Assembly: GCF_018977255.1 (NCBI RefSeq)
Contig: NW_024705434.1
Location: 1-45,129 of the forward strand
Length of the DNA: 45,129 nt
Direction of reading: 5' to 3'
From: Callorhinchus milii
Taxonomy: Eukaryota
Made by a program: the position numbers and the translations under genes. Every line of letters starts with the position of its first letter. Position 1 is the stretch's first letter. Shown piece after piece: positions 22,651 through 34,779 of the stretch. Under the pieces are notes generated by a model. The model was not told the DNA's origin. It saw only the letters and a list, made by a program, of their open reading frames with translations, and made no database searches.

Positions 22651-22912
22651 CCGCCTTGCGGTAAGTAGGAGCCTGGTTGTTAGTCGATTGGCGGATCGCT
22701 TTCCGGAGGTAATAATCCCTCCCCCAAAAAAACTATTTTGTCACTCAATCCATGACTGTTTGTGGGACACTGCTGCATGCAATTGGCTGCCATGTTTCAC
22801 CCACAAAATATACAGTCAATTCACTCTACAGTAGCTTCACTCTGTGAAGCGCTTTGAGTCGTATTGAAGATGCGATAAGATGTTATATCAAATGTAAGGA
22901 TTATTATTATTA
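22256..22912 (+). mobile_element. old SINE containing a nested 5'-truncated young SINE (about 22367-22650)
   Basis: The old SINE breaks after ccctactctacctg and resumes at gcggtaagtaggagcctgg after the (tta)n of the young copy. Confidence 0.88.
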
Positions 22913-23004
22913 TATAACTTCAGTTCAGTGTTTGTTCTGAGGACCAACCAGCAAGCAAGTCATTGTTTGAGATCTGATGGGCTAAGATTTTCTCCTGTCC
23001 GCAG

Positions 23005-23205
23005 GTTTCTTTTGGTATGAGTGCAAGGAAGTGTGGATTGAAGGCTTACGCAGTTACCTGTTAGATTGGTGGAACTTCCTGGACGTAGTCATCCTCAGCA
23101 TGTACCTGTCCTCCTTTGCTCTCCGCTTGGTGGTCACTGTGAGTGGACAACTCTATTGTTCAACAAACCACAGCTCTCTGGAATGTTACTACTTCACAGA
23201 GGCCG
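23005..23205 (+). CDS. trpc2: trpc2 exon 6 (S2-S3)
   Basis: Acceptor gtccgcag. Encodes FFWYECKEVWIEGLRSYLLDWWNFLD...CYYFTEA. Donor GTGGGT. Phase 1/1. Confidence 0.95.
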
Positions 23206-23364
23206 GTGGGTATTCATACAGTCACACTTGGGAGACTAATGCGATTCATTTCAGATTCTGATTGTTTATACTGCTTATCATTCTAAACTCATGCACACTA
23301 AATGACATTTGCTCGTGTCAGCCCACTTCTATCATCTATCTCAACCCTTTTATATATATATATG

Positions 23365-24722
23365 GTCAACCTGTATTGCTGAAGAGTAGACAGGCAGAAA
23401 CTGTTTCCTCTGGCGGGTGGGTCGGTAACCAGAGCACACAGATTTAAGATAACCGGCAATAGAACCAGAGGGGAGACGAAAGATATTTTTTTACCCCCAG
23501 AAAATTACAGACTGGAATACATTGCCTGAAAGGGTGATGGAAGCAGATTTGATAATAGCTTTCAAAAGGGAATTGGAAAGGAACAACAACAACAACATTC
23601 CATTTATAGAGCGCCTTTCACGTCGGGAGGACGTCCCAAGGCGCTGTACAATTGGGTCAGGACCCGAGCCTTGGGGAGTGGGGAAATGGTCAGGGTGAGG
23701 GGAGGGAAAGGAGGGAGCGAGGAGGGGGGAAATGGTCAGGGTGAGGGAAGGGAGGGAGTGAGGAGGGGGGAAATGGTCAGGGTGAGGGGAGGGAAGGGAG
23801 GGAGCGAGGAGGGGGGAAATGGTCAGGGTGAGGGGAGGGAGGGAGCGAGGAGGGGGAAATGGTCAGGGTGAGGGGAGGGAAGGGAGGGAGCGAGGAGGGG
23901 GAAATGGTCAGGGTGAGGGGAGGGAAGGGAGGGAGCGAGGAGGGGGGAAATGGTCAGGGTGAGGGGAGGGAGGGAGCGAGGAGGGGGGAAATGGTCAGGG
24001 GAGGGGAGGGAAGGGAGGGAGCGAGGAGGGGGGAAATGGTCAGGGTGAGGGGAGGGAAGGGAGGGAGCGAGGAGGGGGAAATGGTCAGGGTGAGGGGAGG
24101 GAGGGAGCGAGGAGGGGGGAAATGGTCAGGGTGAGGGGAGGGAGGGAGCGAGGAGAGGGGAAATGGTCAGGGTGAGGGGAGGGAAGGGAGGGAGTGAGGA
24201 GGGGGGAAATGTCAGGGGGAGGGGAGGGAAGGGAGGGAGCGAGGAGGGGGGAAATGGTCAGGGGGAGGGGAGGGAAGGGAGGGAGCGAGGAGGAGGTAGA
24301 GAGGCGAGAGGGGAGCTGAAGGCTGAAGGTCAAAGAGAAAGGCCTTGAGACCGGCCCTGAAGGAGGAAAGGGAGGAAGCGGCGAAGGCACTGGGGATGGA
24401 GTTCCAGAGCCTCGGGGCTGAGAGGCTGAAGGCCACCGATGGTAGGACGGTTGGGGCGGGGGATGTGGAGCAGACCGGAGCCAGAGGGACGGAGGGTACG
24501 GGCAGGTACGTGGGGGATAGTAGGTCGGAGAGGGAGGAGGGAGTGAGGCCGTGAATGGCCTTGTAGGTGAGGATGAGGATCTTGAAGGTACTTAAAAGGC
24601 CACATTTGCAGGTTTATGGAGTAAGAGCGGGAGAGTGGGACTGGCTCTTTTGGTGGCTCTTTCAAAGAGCCGGCACAGGCACGATGGGCTGACGGGCCTC
24701 CGTCTACACTGTAAGATTCTAT
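23365..24722 (+). mobile_element. CR1 3' fragment split by an L2 insertion
   Basis: ctggaatacattgcctgaaagggtgatggaagcag...ttcaaaagggaattgga resumes as aaggtacttaaaagg...gtaagattcta. Confidence 0.75.
23582..24585 (-). mobile_element. young L2 3' fragment with ~14 G-rich tandem units
   Basis: (CAA)n tail, stem-loop, expanded ~40-46 bp unit, then the L2 ORF2 end. Confidence 0.9.
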
Positions 24723-24829
24723 AAAATGTTAAATACAGGATGCTTGGAAGTACTGAACGGTTAAGCTTTCAAAGCTTTGTGTAACTACTGAAGATGTGAA
24801 GACCTAACTACTAACCTTCCCAATTTTAG

Positions 24830-24992
24830 ACAGACACACTTGGCAACAAGAAGATCCTCAGATCCTGGCGGAGGTGTTGTTTGCCATCACCAGCATGCTG
24901 AGTCTAGCCCGACTCACCTCCATACTGCCCGCTCATGAGACCCTGGGAACCCTCCAGATATCCATCGGAAAAATGATTGACGATATGATGAG
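24830..24992 (+). CDS. trpc2: trpc2 exon 7 (S4, S4-S5 linker)
   Basis: Acceptor attttag. Encodes DRHTWQQEDPQILAEVLFAITSMLSLARL...LGTLQISIGKMIDDMM. Donor GTAAAA. Confidence 0.95.
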
Positions 24993-25083
24993 GTAAAACA
25001 AGCATTGTAATCGGTGTGTATTAGATAACAAAGATTTATCAGATAAAAACGAGTTATATTGTTAATTTATTGTATATTTATTG

Positions 25084-25458
25084 TGGAATCCTGTAGCTTA
25101 GTGGTTAGAGCACTGGCCTCCCAAGCTGGAGGACCTGGGTTCGATTCCTGGGCAGGGTGGACTGTTGGTTAAGTTTCTTTGCTCCACATGCCCGTTGCCC
25201 AGCAGTGAGTAGGAACCCAGTTGTTTGTTGATTGGTGGATTGCTTTCCGGGCGTAATAATCCCTTCAAAAGAAAAAAGCTTTTTAAATATAGTTTTGTCA
25301 CTCAATCCACGGCAGTTTGTGGGATGCCGCTGTGCACAGTTGGCTGCCGCGTTTCCCCACAAAGTATAACGTCAATTCACTATATCCTGTGAGGCGCTAT
25401 GAGATGTCTCGAAGACGTGATAAGGAGCTGTATGAAATGCAAGGATTATTTTTATTAT
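25084..25458 (+). mobile_element. tRNA-derived SINE, long subfamily
   Basis: Head, core and tail. Confidence 0.88.
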
Positions 25459-25631
25459 ATCCAAAGCAAAGATGATTATGATGGTATTATTTAGCATCGA
25501 GCAGCATTCTGGCTTGCCTCTTGGTAAAGTTAGTTACTGTTGTATAAAATACTTACAAAAATACAATGTTTTTAGACAACATAAAATTCCTGTTCCGTTA
25601 TTTAATAAAGATTCTTGTTTTGCGTTGCCAG

Positions 25632-25724
25632 GTTCATGTTCGTGCTGATGATTATCCTGACGGCTTTCCTCTGTGGTATTAACAACATTTACGTTCACTA
25701 CGTCGATCTGGATCGTCTCGGAAA
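25632..25724 (+). CDS. trpc2: trpc2 exon 8 (S5)
   Basis: Acceptor ttgccag. Encodes RFMFVLMIILTAFLCGINNIYVHYVDLDRLG. Donor GTATGC. Confidence 0.95.
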
Positions 25725-25824
25725 GTATGCAAATTACAATCTCAATGAGCAATAGACCACTCGATAACATAGACGCTTCCACATTAACAGTGTCCATAGA
25801 ACTTGGTACCCATGACCTCAGTGA

Positions 25825-26585
25825 CAACCACCAACAAATTACACTTGTATAGCATTAGAAAGACGACCCAAGGCGCTGGAAATCAGGTTTTTTTTGACCT
25901 GAGCTGGGAGTTGGGGGCAGGAGGGATGAGGGGCAGGGGGAGTAGGGGCAGGGGTGGGAGGGAGGCACGATTGAAGAGGAAGGTCTTCAGATGGGCCTTG
26001 AAGGAGGCAAGAGAGGGGGTGAGGTGGAGGGATTGTGGGATAGAGTTCCAGAGTGTGGGAAGTCCAGCGAGCAGGCAGTTGGTGTAGTCAAGCCGGGATG
26101 TGATGAAAGCGTGGATCAGGGTTTCAGAGGCCTGTGGTGAGAGGCAGTGGTGGAGGTGGGTAATATTGGGGAGGTGGGAAAGGCAGACGAATCAAGGCAC
26201 GAATGTGGGGTTTGAAGGATGGCTGAGGGTCAAAAAGGATACCGAGGTTTTGTATTGGTGAGGTGAAGAGGGCAGCCATGAATAGTGATCATGTCAGCGG
26301 CCGAAGCGAGGAGGTGTTGCCAGGAACCGAGCAAGAGGGCCTCTGTCTTGCGAGATAGTTGGGTGTCACTCACGTATACATGGAGGATTGCTAAGGAAAG
26401 ATTGGAGGGATGGCAAAGAGTGAGGTGATCGAATGTGGAGAAGGATCCTGAGGAGTAAGAGTTAGACCCAGTGTGGGCCTGGAGCTGAGGGCCACACCAC
26501 TGCCATGACAGTTGGGTTGTGGGGTGTGATGGAAAGCGTAGATAGGTGGTGTGGCCTCATTCGGGTGGGAGGTGTCACATGGAGA
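25825..26585 (-). mobile_element. old L2 fragments (appear to continue at about 28850-29070)
   Basis: L2-type tail, gtccagc..gtagtcaagccgggatgtgatg (ITSRLDY) and LGILFDPQ on the minus strand. Confidence 0.65.
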
Positions 26586-26589
26586 CAGG

Positions 26590-28835
26590 GCCACGCAGAC
26601 ACACACAGCCACAGGACGACACAACCACGCACACACACACAGCCACAGGATGATACAGCCACGCACACACACACAGCCACACAGACACAGCCACACAGAC
26701 ACAGCCACGCAGACACAGCCACACAGACACAGCCACGCAGACACAGCCACACAGACACAGCCACGCAGACACAGCCACGCAGACACAGCCACGCAGACAC
26801 AGCCACGCAGACACAGCCACGCAGACACAGCCACGCAGACACAGCCACGCAGACACAGCCACGCAGACACAGCCACGCAGACACACACAGCGACACACAC
26901 AGCCACGCAGACACACACAGCCATGCAGACACACACAGCCACGCAGACACACACGCAGCCACGCAGACACACACGCAGCCACGCAGACACACACGCAGCC
27001 ACGCAGACACACACGCAGCCACGCAGACACACACGCAGCCACGCAGACACACACGCAGCCACGCAGACACACACGCAGCCACGCAGACACACACGCAGCC
27101 ACGCAGACACACACGCAGCCACGCAGACACACACGCAGACACACACGCAGCCACACACGCAGCCACGCAGACACACACGCAGACACACACGCAGCCACAC
27201 ACGCAGCCACGCAGACACACACGCAGCCACGCAGACACACACAGCCACGCACACAGCCACGCAGACACACACAGCCACGCAGACAGCCACACGGACACAC
27301 ACAGCCACGCAGACACACACAGCGACACACACAGCCACGCAGACACACACAGCGACACACACAGCCACGCAGACACACACAGCCATGCAGACACACACAG
27401 CTACGCAGACATACAATGACACAGCCACAGCGCGATACACACACAAAGACACACGGCCACACAGAGACACAGCCACACACAGTGACACGGCCACAGCCAC
27501 ACAGAACACAGCCACACAGAGACATAAAGACACAAAAACATGGAGACACAGACACAGAGGGTCACACCCACACAACGACACAGAGACACAGACACATGGT
27601 GACATAACTAGATGGTGACACAGCCCCACAGTGACACAGCCAACGAGACACACAGCCACACAGAGACACAGTCACAAAAATGGCACAGCCACACAGGCGC
27701 ACAGTGACACAGATGCGCAGTGACACAGATGCACAGTGCCATAGCCAGGCAGTACCACAGCCACAGCCACAATGTGACGCACAGCCGCGCAGAGACGCAC
27801 AGCCACACGCACAGCCACACAGAGACACGCAAAGCCAAGCAGATACACGCAGAGACACAGACATACGTTGACGCCGCCACACGGTGACACAGAGACACAG
27901 TGACATAGAGACACAGTCACACAGTGACATAGAGACACAGCCACACAGAGGCACAGTGACACAGAGGCACAGCCACACAGTGACACAGCCACATAGTGAC
28001 ACATAGAAACAGCGAAATAGCTACACACAGCGACACAAAGACATAGAGACACCACCACACAATGACTTAGCGACACAGCCACAGAGTGACACAGAGACTT
28101 TGCGACACAGAGTGACACTAAAGCACAGCCACTCAGTGCAATAAACATTGACACAGCCTCAAGTGACACAGAGACACAGTGACACAGCCAACAGCGACAG
28201 AGGCACAGGCACACAGAATCACAGCCACACAGAGACACAGCCACACAGTGTCACAGGGACACAGAGAAATAGCCACATTGAGTCACATCACCACAGAGAC
28301 AGAGTGACGCTGAAACACAGGCACACAGTGAAACCGAAGCACAGGCACATGGAGACACAGGGTGGGAATCACTCACTGACACAGAGACACAGCAACCAAG
28401 AGAGACAGCCACAGGGAGACAAAGAGACACCGCCACAAAACCGCAGAGACACAGACACACAGTGACACATAGAAACAGCGACACAGCCTCACATTGATGC
28501 AGCCACACAGTGAAACAGAGACACAGAGACACGCGGACACAGAGACATAGCCATAGAGAGACACAGTGACGCAGCAACATAGACAAACAGCCACACATGG
28601 TGTAAGCCACCCAGCAGCACAAAGACACAGCCACACAGCGATACAGATACATGGCCACACAGCGGCACAGCCACACAGTGACAGTGACACAGAGGCACAG
28701 ACATAGAGAGACACAGTTATGCAGCCACACAGTGACAGAGTGAAACAACCAAACAGTGACATAGAGAAACAGTGATACAGCCACACAGTGACACAGTTAC
28801 ACAGCCACAAAATACTACAGAGACGCATTGACACA
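26590..28835. repeat. CA-rich compound micro/minisatellite (cacagccacgcagaca-type units)
   Basis: Perfect 16- and 20-bp units at 26690-27400, degenerating downstream. Confidence 0.95.
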
Positions 28836-29173
28836 AAACAATAACATTAAATCCTCTGTGGAGACAAAGTGGAGACGATGGGAAAGTTTAAGGCAGGACC
28901 ATGAAGGTAGAATTGAGAGGAGAGGCTGCGGAGAAGGACCAGTGTCAAAGTGTCACAGATGGACAGAACGTCATGTGAGACTTTGACCACGGCTGTCTGT
29001 CTGTGCTGTGGTTAGCAGAGAGGCTCAATTGCTGGCGGGAGAGGACAGAGCGAAACTGGGAAGCCATGACTTGTTGCTCAGTGGTCTGAGTGGTCCAATT
29101 CGTTGCTCAGTGGTCTGAAGCTTTGAATGTGGTGATTCTCTGCAGGGTTTACTGTTATTGTTTGTATCTGTAG

Positions 29174-29366
29174 TTTTAATGGGACGCTGCAGTTCCTCTT
29201 CTGGTCCATGTTCGGCATGGAGGAACCTAAATCAGTGGACCTCTCACAGTTCATGGTCGCTGAGGTTGTCGGTCGTGTTCTTTATGGGATCTTCACCATC
29301 GTAATGGTCATTGTTTTGCTGAATATGTTGGTGGCCATGATCACAAATTCCTTTCAGAAAATTGAG
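29174..29366 (+). CDS. trpc2: trpc2 exon 9 (pore helix, S6)
   Basis: Acceptor tctgtag. Encodes NFNGTLQFLFWSMFGMEE...VLLNMLVAMITNSFQKIE. Donor GTAAGT. Confidence 0.96.
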
Positions 29367-30129
29367 GTAAGTTGATCAATTGGTGAGCGCGTTACAACGG
29401 ATCTTATTCTCTGCAATCAGCTGCTTGGTCTAACTGGCTTCACAAATCTTTAACATCTTAAAATCTTAAAAGGCACTTGAAAAGAAAAAAATTGCAATAT
29501 GGGAAAAGGGCAGGGGTCGGGTCGCTCTTCCAAAAGGTCGGCACAGGTACAATGAGCCGAATGGCCTCCTTCCATAATATTCCATGATTCTAAGATGGAA
29601 TTTTAGCCCTGAAATGCACACGTAAATTCCACCAGTGGGTTTTATACATCAAGCAATGTACAGAGATGTTCAGAGGTAAAGCAACACATACAGAGGTATG
29701 AAAGGTTATTATTAAAAACATAGACATGGTCAGCATGGGGGAACCTATTTGGCACATCGCTTCCACACGGATTTAGGTTTAAACTATTTCTCTGGCATTT
29801 TAATTTTCTGAATTTGGTAATTTTTTAAATACTGTATAGTCTTAATTTCAAAGATATTTTACTCTAAGCTCTCTTAAGGACTAGAAGATTTGCCAATTCC
29901 ATGTGGAATTTAGTATGTATTTAAGTTAACATTTCTCATGCCAATTCCACAATTTCATAGACTTTAGACATCAAGGGAGGACATCTCAAAACCCTTTAAG
30001 GATTTCCTGGAAAGTTTAGTGACTCTGTATTTTGAAGGCAACGAATAGATTGTTACAAGTGGGGATAAAGATAAGAGTCAAGGAAAGGAAAGGCACAGAC
30101 GTGACTCTGGTGTTTATACAGAGCTATTG

Positions 30130-30410
30130 AATAACAAGACATTACATTAACACATTGCCTTTCAGGTCGGAAAGACACGCCAAGGCGCTGGACAGTCAGG
30201 GATTTGGATCGAGCTGAGGGTTGGGAGTAGGAGGGGTGGAGGGCAGGCTGGGTGGGTGTAGGAGGGTGACTGAAGGCACGGTCAAAGAGATGGGCCTTAA
30301 AGAGGTGAGGAAGGGAGCGAGATGAAGGGACTGTGGGATGGAGTTCCCAAGGGTGGGGGAAGAGAGGCTGAAGGCCCGACCACCGATGATGGGGTGGGCC
30401 GGGCTGGGGA
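30130..30410 (-). mobile_element. old L2 3' end
   Basis: Tail plus gaaggcacggtcaaagag...gagaggctgaaggcccgaccaccgat, as in the young L2 copies. Confidence 0.75.
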
Positions 30411-30524
30411 CGTAGTAAGGAGTGATAATGATTGTGTGGGTGTGGGTGTTAGCAACTGCTAAACTGCAGGAAGGAAGTTGTTGAATGCCCAGTCATGTGG
30501 TTCTCATCATGCGTTGCTCCACAG

Positions 30525-30652
30525 GATGATGCAGACGTTGAATGGAAATTTGCTCGCTCGAGGCTTTACCTTTGCTATTTCCGGGAGGGGCTGACTCTGC
30601 CAGTTCCCTTCAACATCATCCCAACACCCAAATGTTTGTTTTATCTACTTAG
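30525..30652 (+). CDS. trpc2: trpc2 exon 10 (TRP box)
   Basis: Acceptor ctccacag. Encodes [42 protein letters not shown]. Donor GTAAGA. Confidence 0.96.
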
Positions 30653-31139
30653 GTAAGAAGCTTTCAGTTTGCTGCAAATCAGATATTTTACATGTTTAAC
30701 GAGAAACATGCAAAACAAATTGATCACTGTAATTGTGCGGGACAGAAAGATAAAGATATTGGAAGGGTAGGTGAGCAGGGTCACTTTGAGGCACAGATGT
30801 TGGTTCTGTACTTCAATATGGAATCGAGTCACCTCTCTGTGGCAGTGTTGGAAGGGGTTGAGCACATATGAAACGACAAGGTGCCATCTGACGACCAGGG
30901 ATGTTAAACACTAAACCACGATTCCATAAGTGAAATAGGGCTGAAAATGTCAGAGGTAACTGCATAGCCAGGAGTAGCCTGTAGCCTGTCTGCCACTAAG
31001 CCGCTAACACTCGAGCAGAGACTCCCAACGGAGCAAGCTGGGAACGGAGTGATAACTCTACAATAGGAATTTGGTGAGAGTGGGAATTCAGGTTAACGGG
31101 AAAGGAGACGCAGTATAGACGACTTTCGCATCGGGAGGA

Positions 31140-32050
31140 CGTCTGAAAGTGCTTCACATCTTCTCTCTGAAATCTCCCTCCTCTTCCATTCCTCTCTCAC
31201 CTCTTTCCTCCTATCTCTCAAACCATTATTCACTCGGCTGAGGCTCTGTCTAACCTAATAAGACTATGAGTTCTATCCACACTCTCTCCAACCCCCCCCC
31301 CCCACCCCCAGAGTTGTCTCCTCTAGGCCCCTCAACGCTGATTGCTTGCTCCAAGTCTCAGCGTGCGCATTTTGGTTGTCATTGTCACCAATCCGAGGCA
31401 ACCCTCCCCACCCTCCACTAATCGACCTCTGTCCTTCTGTCCCACTATCCTCCTCACCTCTCTCCTGGTTTCTTCCACCTCCTCCATGTGCTCCAGCCTG
31501 GGCATCCTTCGCCATGCTCATCACGCTCTGAGACACCCTCCGGCGTGGAGGGCGCTATATAAATCCAAATTGTTGATGTTGTTGGCACGCTCCGGTTTTC
31601 CCAGAGGAGCCAGCCCATCTGCCCCATCGCCAACTCTCCGCAAGACCCTTCACTGCCTCCAGAAGGGAATACCCCTTCTCTCACCCAGATCCACACCATT
31701 CCCAACACTCTCCTACCCCCCAACTTAGATCCCTACAGTCATTTTTCCCTACAATCTGCAACCCTCCCCAAGCACCTCCCTCCTCAGTCCCTCCACTCTT
31801 TCTCTTCAACGCCCCTACCTGGAAACAGTCAGCCAGAGGAGTAGGGAGATAGACCAACGTGGTTTCAAAGATGAAGGCCAGCCCACCATCAGAAGGGTTG
31901 GCATGGGGGGAGTGTGGTGGAAAGTGTAGCTGGGGTTGGGGAGGCTTTGATGAGAGGGATGGGGCATATCTTATTATAGATGTGTATATTGACGTCCTCA
32001 GGCTCAAAGAAACCTGGCTGTTCCCCGATGCCCCCGTCCGTTGTCATTGA
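31140..32050 (+). mobile_element. degenerate L2-like 5'/endonuclease fragments
   Basis: Encodes LIIDVYIDVLRLKETWL (APE ETW motif) near 31970-32020. An L2-type tail lies at 31525-31583. Confidence 0.5.
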
Positions 32051-32059
32051 TATCACTGT

Positions 32060-32300
32060 CACGCAAGGTTTCCCGCTGCTTGTCCAGCAATACCTGTTAG
32101 GGCTTCGGCCGTAGGGTTAACAGGAGCTGAGTGGGAGGATTCCCTGCCTCCAGGTCTGCCCTTCCAGGTCCTGCCGATGGGCTGGGCTGCGCTGTCTTCA
32201 GCAGTGCCCTGGAATACTGCGGACCCACCTGGCTCAGGAATCGGACGACAGACCATCGCAGAGGACTGGCTTGGTTCTGACATTCCGTTGCCAAACGTGT
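32060..32300 (-). repeat. unclassified interspersed repeat, copy 3
   Basis: Reverse complement matches 9425-9600 (cctgagccaggtg..ccgcagt..atcggcaggacctggaag..cagctcctgttaaccct..gctggacaagcagcg). Confidence 0.78.
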
Positions 32301-32609
32301 CACCTTAGAGCCGGTTCGGCCCGAAAGAGACCCCACTTACCTGTCCCCAAAGGAGGAAACTTAAACGAGCAAATAGAAACCACACAAATATGAAACTCTC
32401 AGAAATATGGTTTGGAGTCTATTGTGAAGAATATTCACAGATATTTGGTTAACCAAACAATAAAAGATTTTTTTGAGTAAATGACAACCTGATGCAGTAA
32501 ATATTTCCTCATCTCTCGGTAAATTGTCTGTCAAATATTGATATTCTTGTTTTAATTTTTATTAAAGATTTAGAACCGTTGCCTTTTAATCATATTTGTT
32601 TTATGTTAG

Positions 32610-32679
32610 GTGGATTTTGCGAGGATTGTGTTGTATAAAATCCGCAAAACAGGACTACCCTCCACTGCCCACCTCTATT
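32610..32679 (+). CDS. trpc2: trpc2 exon 11
   Basis: Acceptor atgttag. Encodes WILRGLCCIKSAKQDYPPLPTSI (compare mammalian ...CCKAKKSDYPPIPT). Donor GTAAGT. Restores phase 0. Confidence 0.92.
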
Positions 32680-32744
32680 GTAAGTACTGAAACAATTCAT
32701 ACAATTCCACAGTGAAGAACCAATTCAGTTTTTCTCTGTGTCCT

Positions 32745-33100
32745 TAGAGCACTTGTCCCAGAAGTGTAAGGGCCAGGGTTCAATTCCTGGGCAAGCCGAA
32801 ACCTTTGGCAAGATTCCTTACTCCACACGCACGCATCTATTTACCCAGCAGTGAGTAGAAACCCAGTTGTTAGATGAATGGTGTTTCACTTTCCGGGAGT
32901 TACAATCCCTTCAAAAATATAAACAAATAATAATAATAATTTGGTAACTAAATCCACTGCAGAACACAATTGGCTGCTGCGTTTCTCCCACAAAATCTAT
33001 ATCTATCTATTCACGTTACAATATATTCTGTGAAGCGCTTTGAGGCGTCTGGAAGAAGTGATAAGGTGCTATAACAAATATAAGGATTATTATTTATTAT
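32745..33100 (+). mobile_element. tRNA-derived SINE
   Basis: B-box, core and tail. Confidence 0.85.
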
Positions 33101-33427
33101 CATTTCAACTATATCCGTGTATCTCTATCTTTATCTCCATGTGCTATAAGATTTCCAATATTGTTTTATGTGACACCAAATTAAATGTGTTATTATAAAT
33201 CTCTGAAAAACACAACCATTCAATTTCCTTTCTCTATCCTCTTTTAATTCTACAAAGGTTTGAACACGGTTATGTATGAGATGACTTTCAGTTGTCGGAT
33301 GGTCCTCACGCTATATGAGTGCAAGTTGTTACGGACCAGCGATTAAGTCGTATTTCTCCAATTACCTCCAAAACATCTGTAATGTGCTTGGAGGGGTGTT
33401 CCCTCATCACTTAGCGTCACTTTGTGC

Positions 33428-33765
33428 GTTCCTGTAGCTTAGTGGTTAGAGCACTCGTCTTGCAAGTGAGAGGACTTGAGTTCAATTCCCAGGCACGGCG
33501 AAAAGTTAGGCAAGTTTCCTTACTGCACACCCCTCTGTTTACGTAGCAGTAACCCAGTTGTTAGTCGACTGTTGGATCACTTTTCGGGGAAATAATCCCT
33601 TAAGGGAAAATTATAATTTGGTAACTCAATCCCCACTCTTATGCATGACTGTCTGCAGCGTTCCACCCACAAAATATAGTCAATCACTTTACAGTATATC
33701 CTGTGAAGTGCTTTGATCATCTCAAAAAACGTGATAAGGCGCTATATCAAATGCAAGGATTATAA
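33428..33765 (+). mobile_element. tRNA-derived SINE ending at the exon 12 acceptor
   Basis: Head gtagcttagtggttagagc. The tail aaatgcaaggattataat runs directly into tttatttttcctcag. Confidence 0.88.
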
Positions 33766-33781
33766 TTTTATTTTTCCTCAG

Positions 33782-33914
33782 CCCAATGTTCCTATGCAAA
33801 GTGACAATTTCCGTGCGGAGAAAAGAGCATCTTATCGACTCCAGGTCATTAGTACATTGGTTCACAGATACATCGAGCAATCCAGGCAAGAGTTTGCAGA
33901 AAAACAGAGGAAGG
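33782..33914 (+). CDS. trpc2: trpc2 exon 12 (CIRB/rib-helix region)
   Basis: Acceptor tttcctcag. Encodes PNVPMQSDNFRAEKRASYRLQVISTLVHRYIEQSRQEFAEKQRK. Donor GTGAGT. Confidence 0.92.
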
Positions 33915-34012
33915 GTGAGTGTTGTGTCAGGGTGTCTCTCTTGACATTCAGTGTGTGACTTTCAGGCACATGTTGGTGAGTGTATGTGAGATATGAACGT
34001 GTGTGAGAGATT

Positions 34013-34280
34013 TATGCAAGTTTCCTTACTCTGCACCCAGCAATAAGTAGGAACCCCTTGTTAGCCGATTGGCGGATTGCTTTCAAGGTAATAATCCCAC
34101 CAAAAATAATAATAATTTGGTCACTCAATCCACAACCGCTTCTTGGACACTGCTGTGTGCATCGGCTGCCGTGTTTCGCCCACAAAATTACAGTCACTAC
34201 ACTTTACGGTAATTCAGCAAAGCACTTTAAGACATCTCAAAGATGCAATAAGGCGCTATTTCAAATGCAAGGATAATTAA
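34013..34280 (+). mobile_element. SINE (5'-truncated)
   Basis: Core and tail. Confidence 0.85.
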
Positions 34281-34779
34281 GCGTGTGCGAAACATAATCA
34301 GTAAGTGTGCGCGAGACAAGTGTGCGTGAGTGATCATTAGCAAATGTGTTTCTTCCATTTTCCTGGGCAAAAAATCCTCCTGATGTCTGAGGGATCTTTG
34401 TAACATTTGCCACCTTTGCAAAAGCAGTCAGTGAAGCACTAGAATCCTACAGCAGAGAGGCCATCGTGCCTATGCCAACTCTTTGAAAGAGCTGCCAACT
34501 CGTCCCATTCCCCTCTCGAAACCCCTCATAATTTTTATTTTACTTCTTTACTTCTCTGCATATTGTGTACTGCTTTTGCTTTTGATCCGGAGCTGGTGGA
34601 GGCAGGAGTTGGGAAGGCCGACACGTAGGCTCACCTCGACTGGAGCGTTCAGTGTTATTACTCTTATTGAGTTACACATCCTGAGGTGGCTCGTGAAACA
34701 GAAAATCCAGTCAGAGTGACTCGTACTATTTACTTGAAACAAGGGCAGCAAGAGAGCTCAGCTTTCATCAAACCTGTTG

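Noticed and set aside
26391..28834. Long ORFs of 150-420 aa on both strands
   Set aside because: They are translations of the CA/TG microsatellite (Cys/Val or His/Thr runs) with no domain content.
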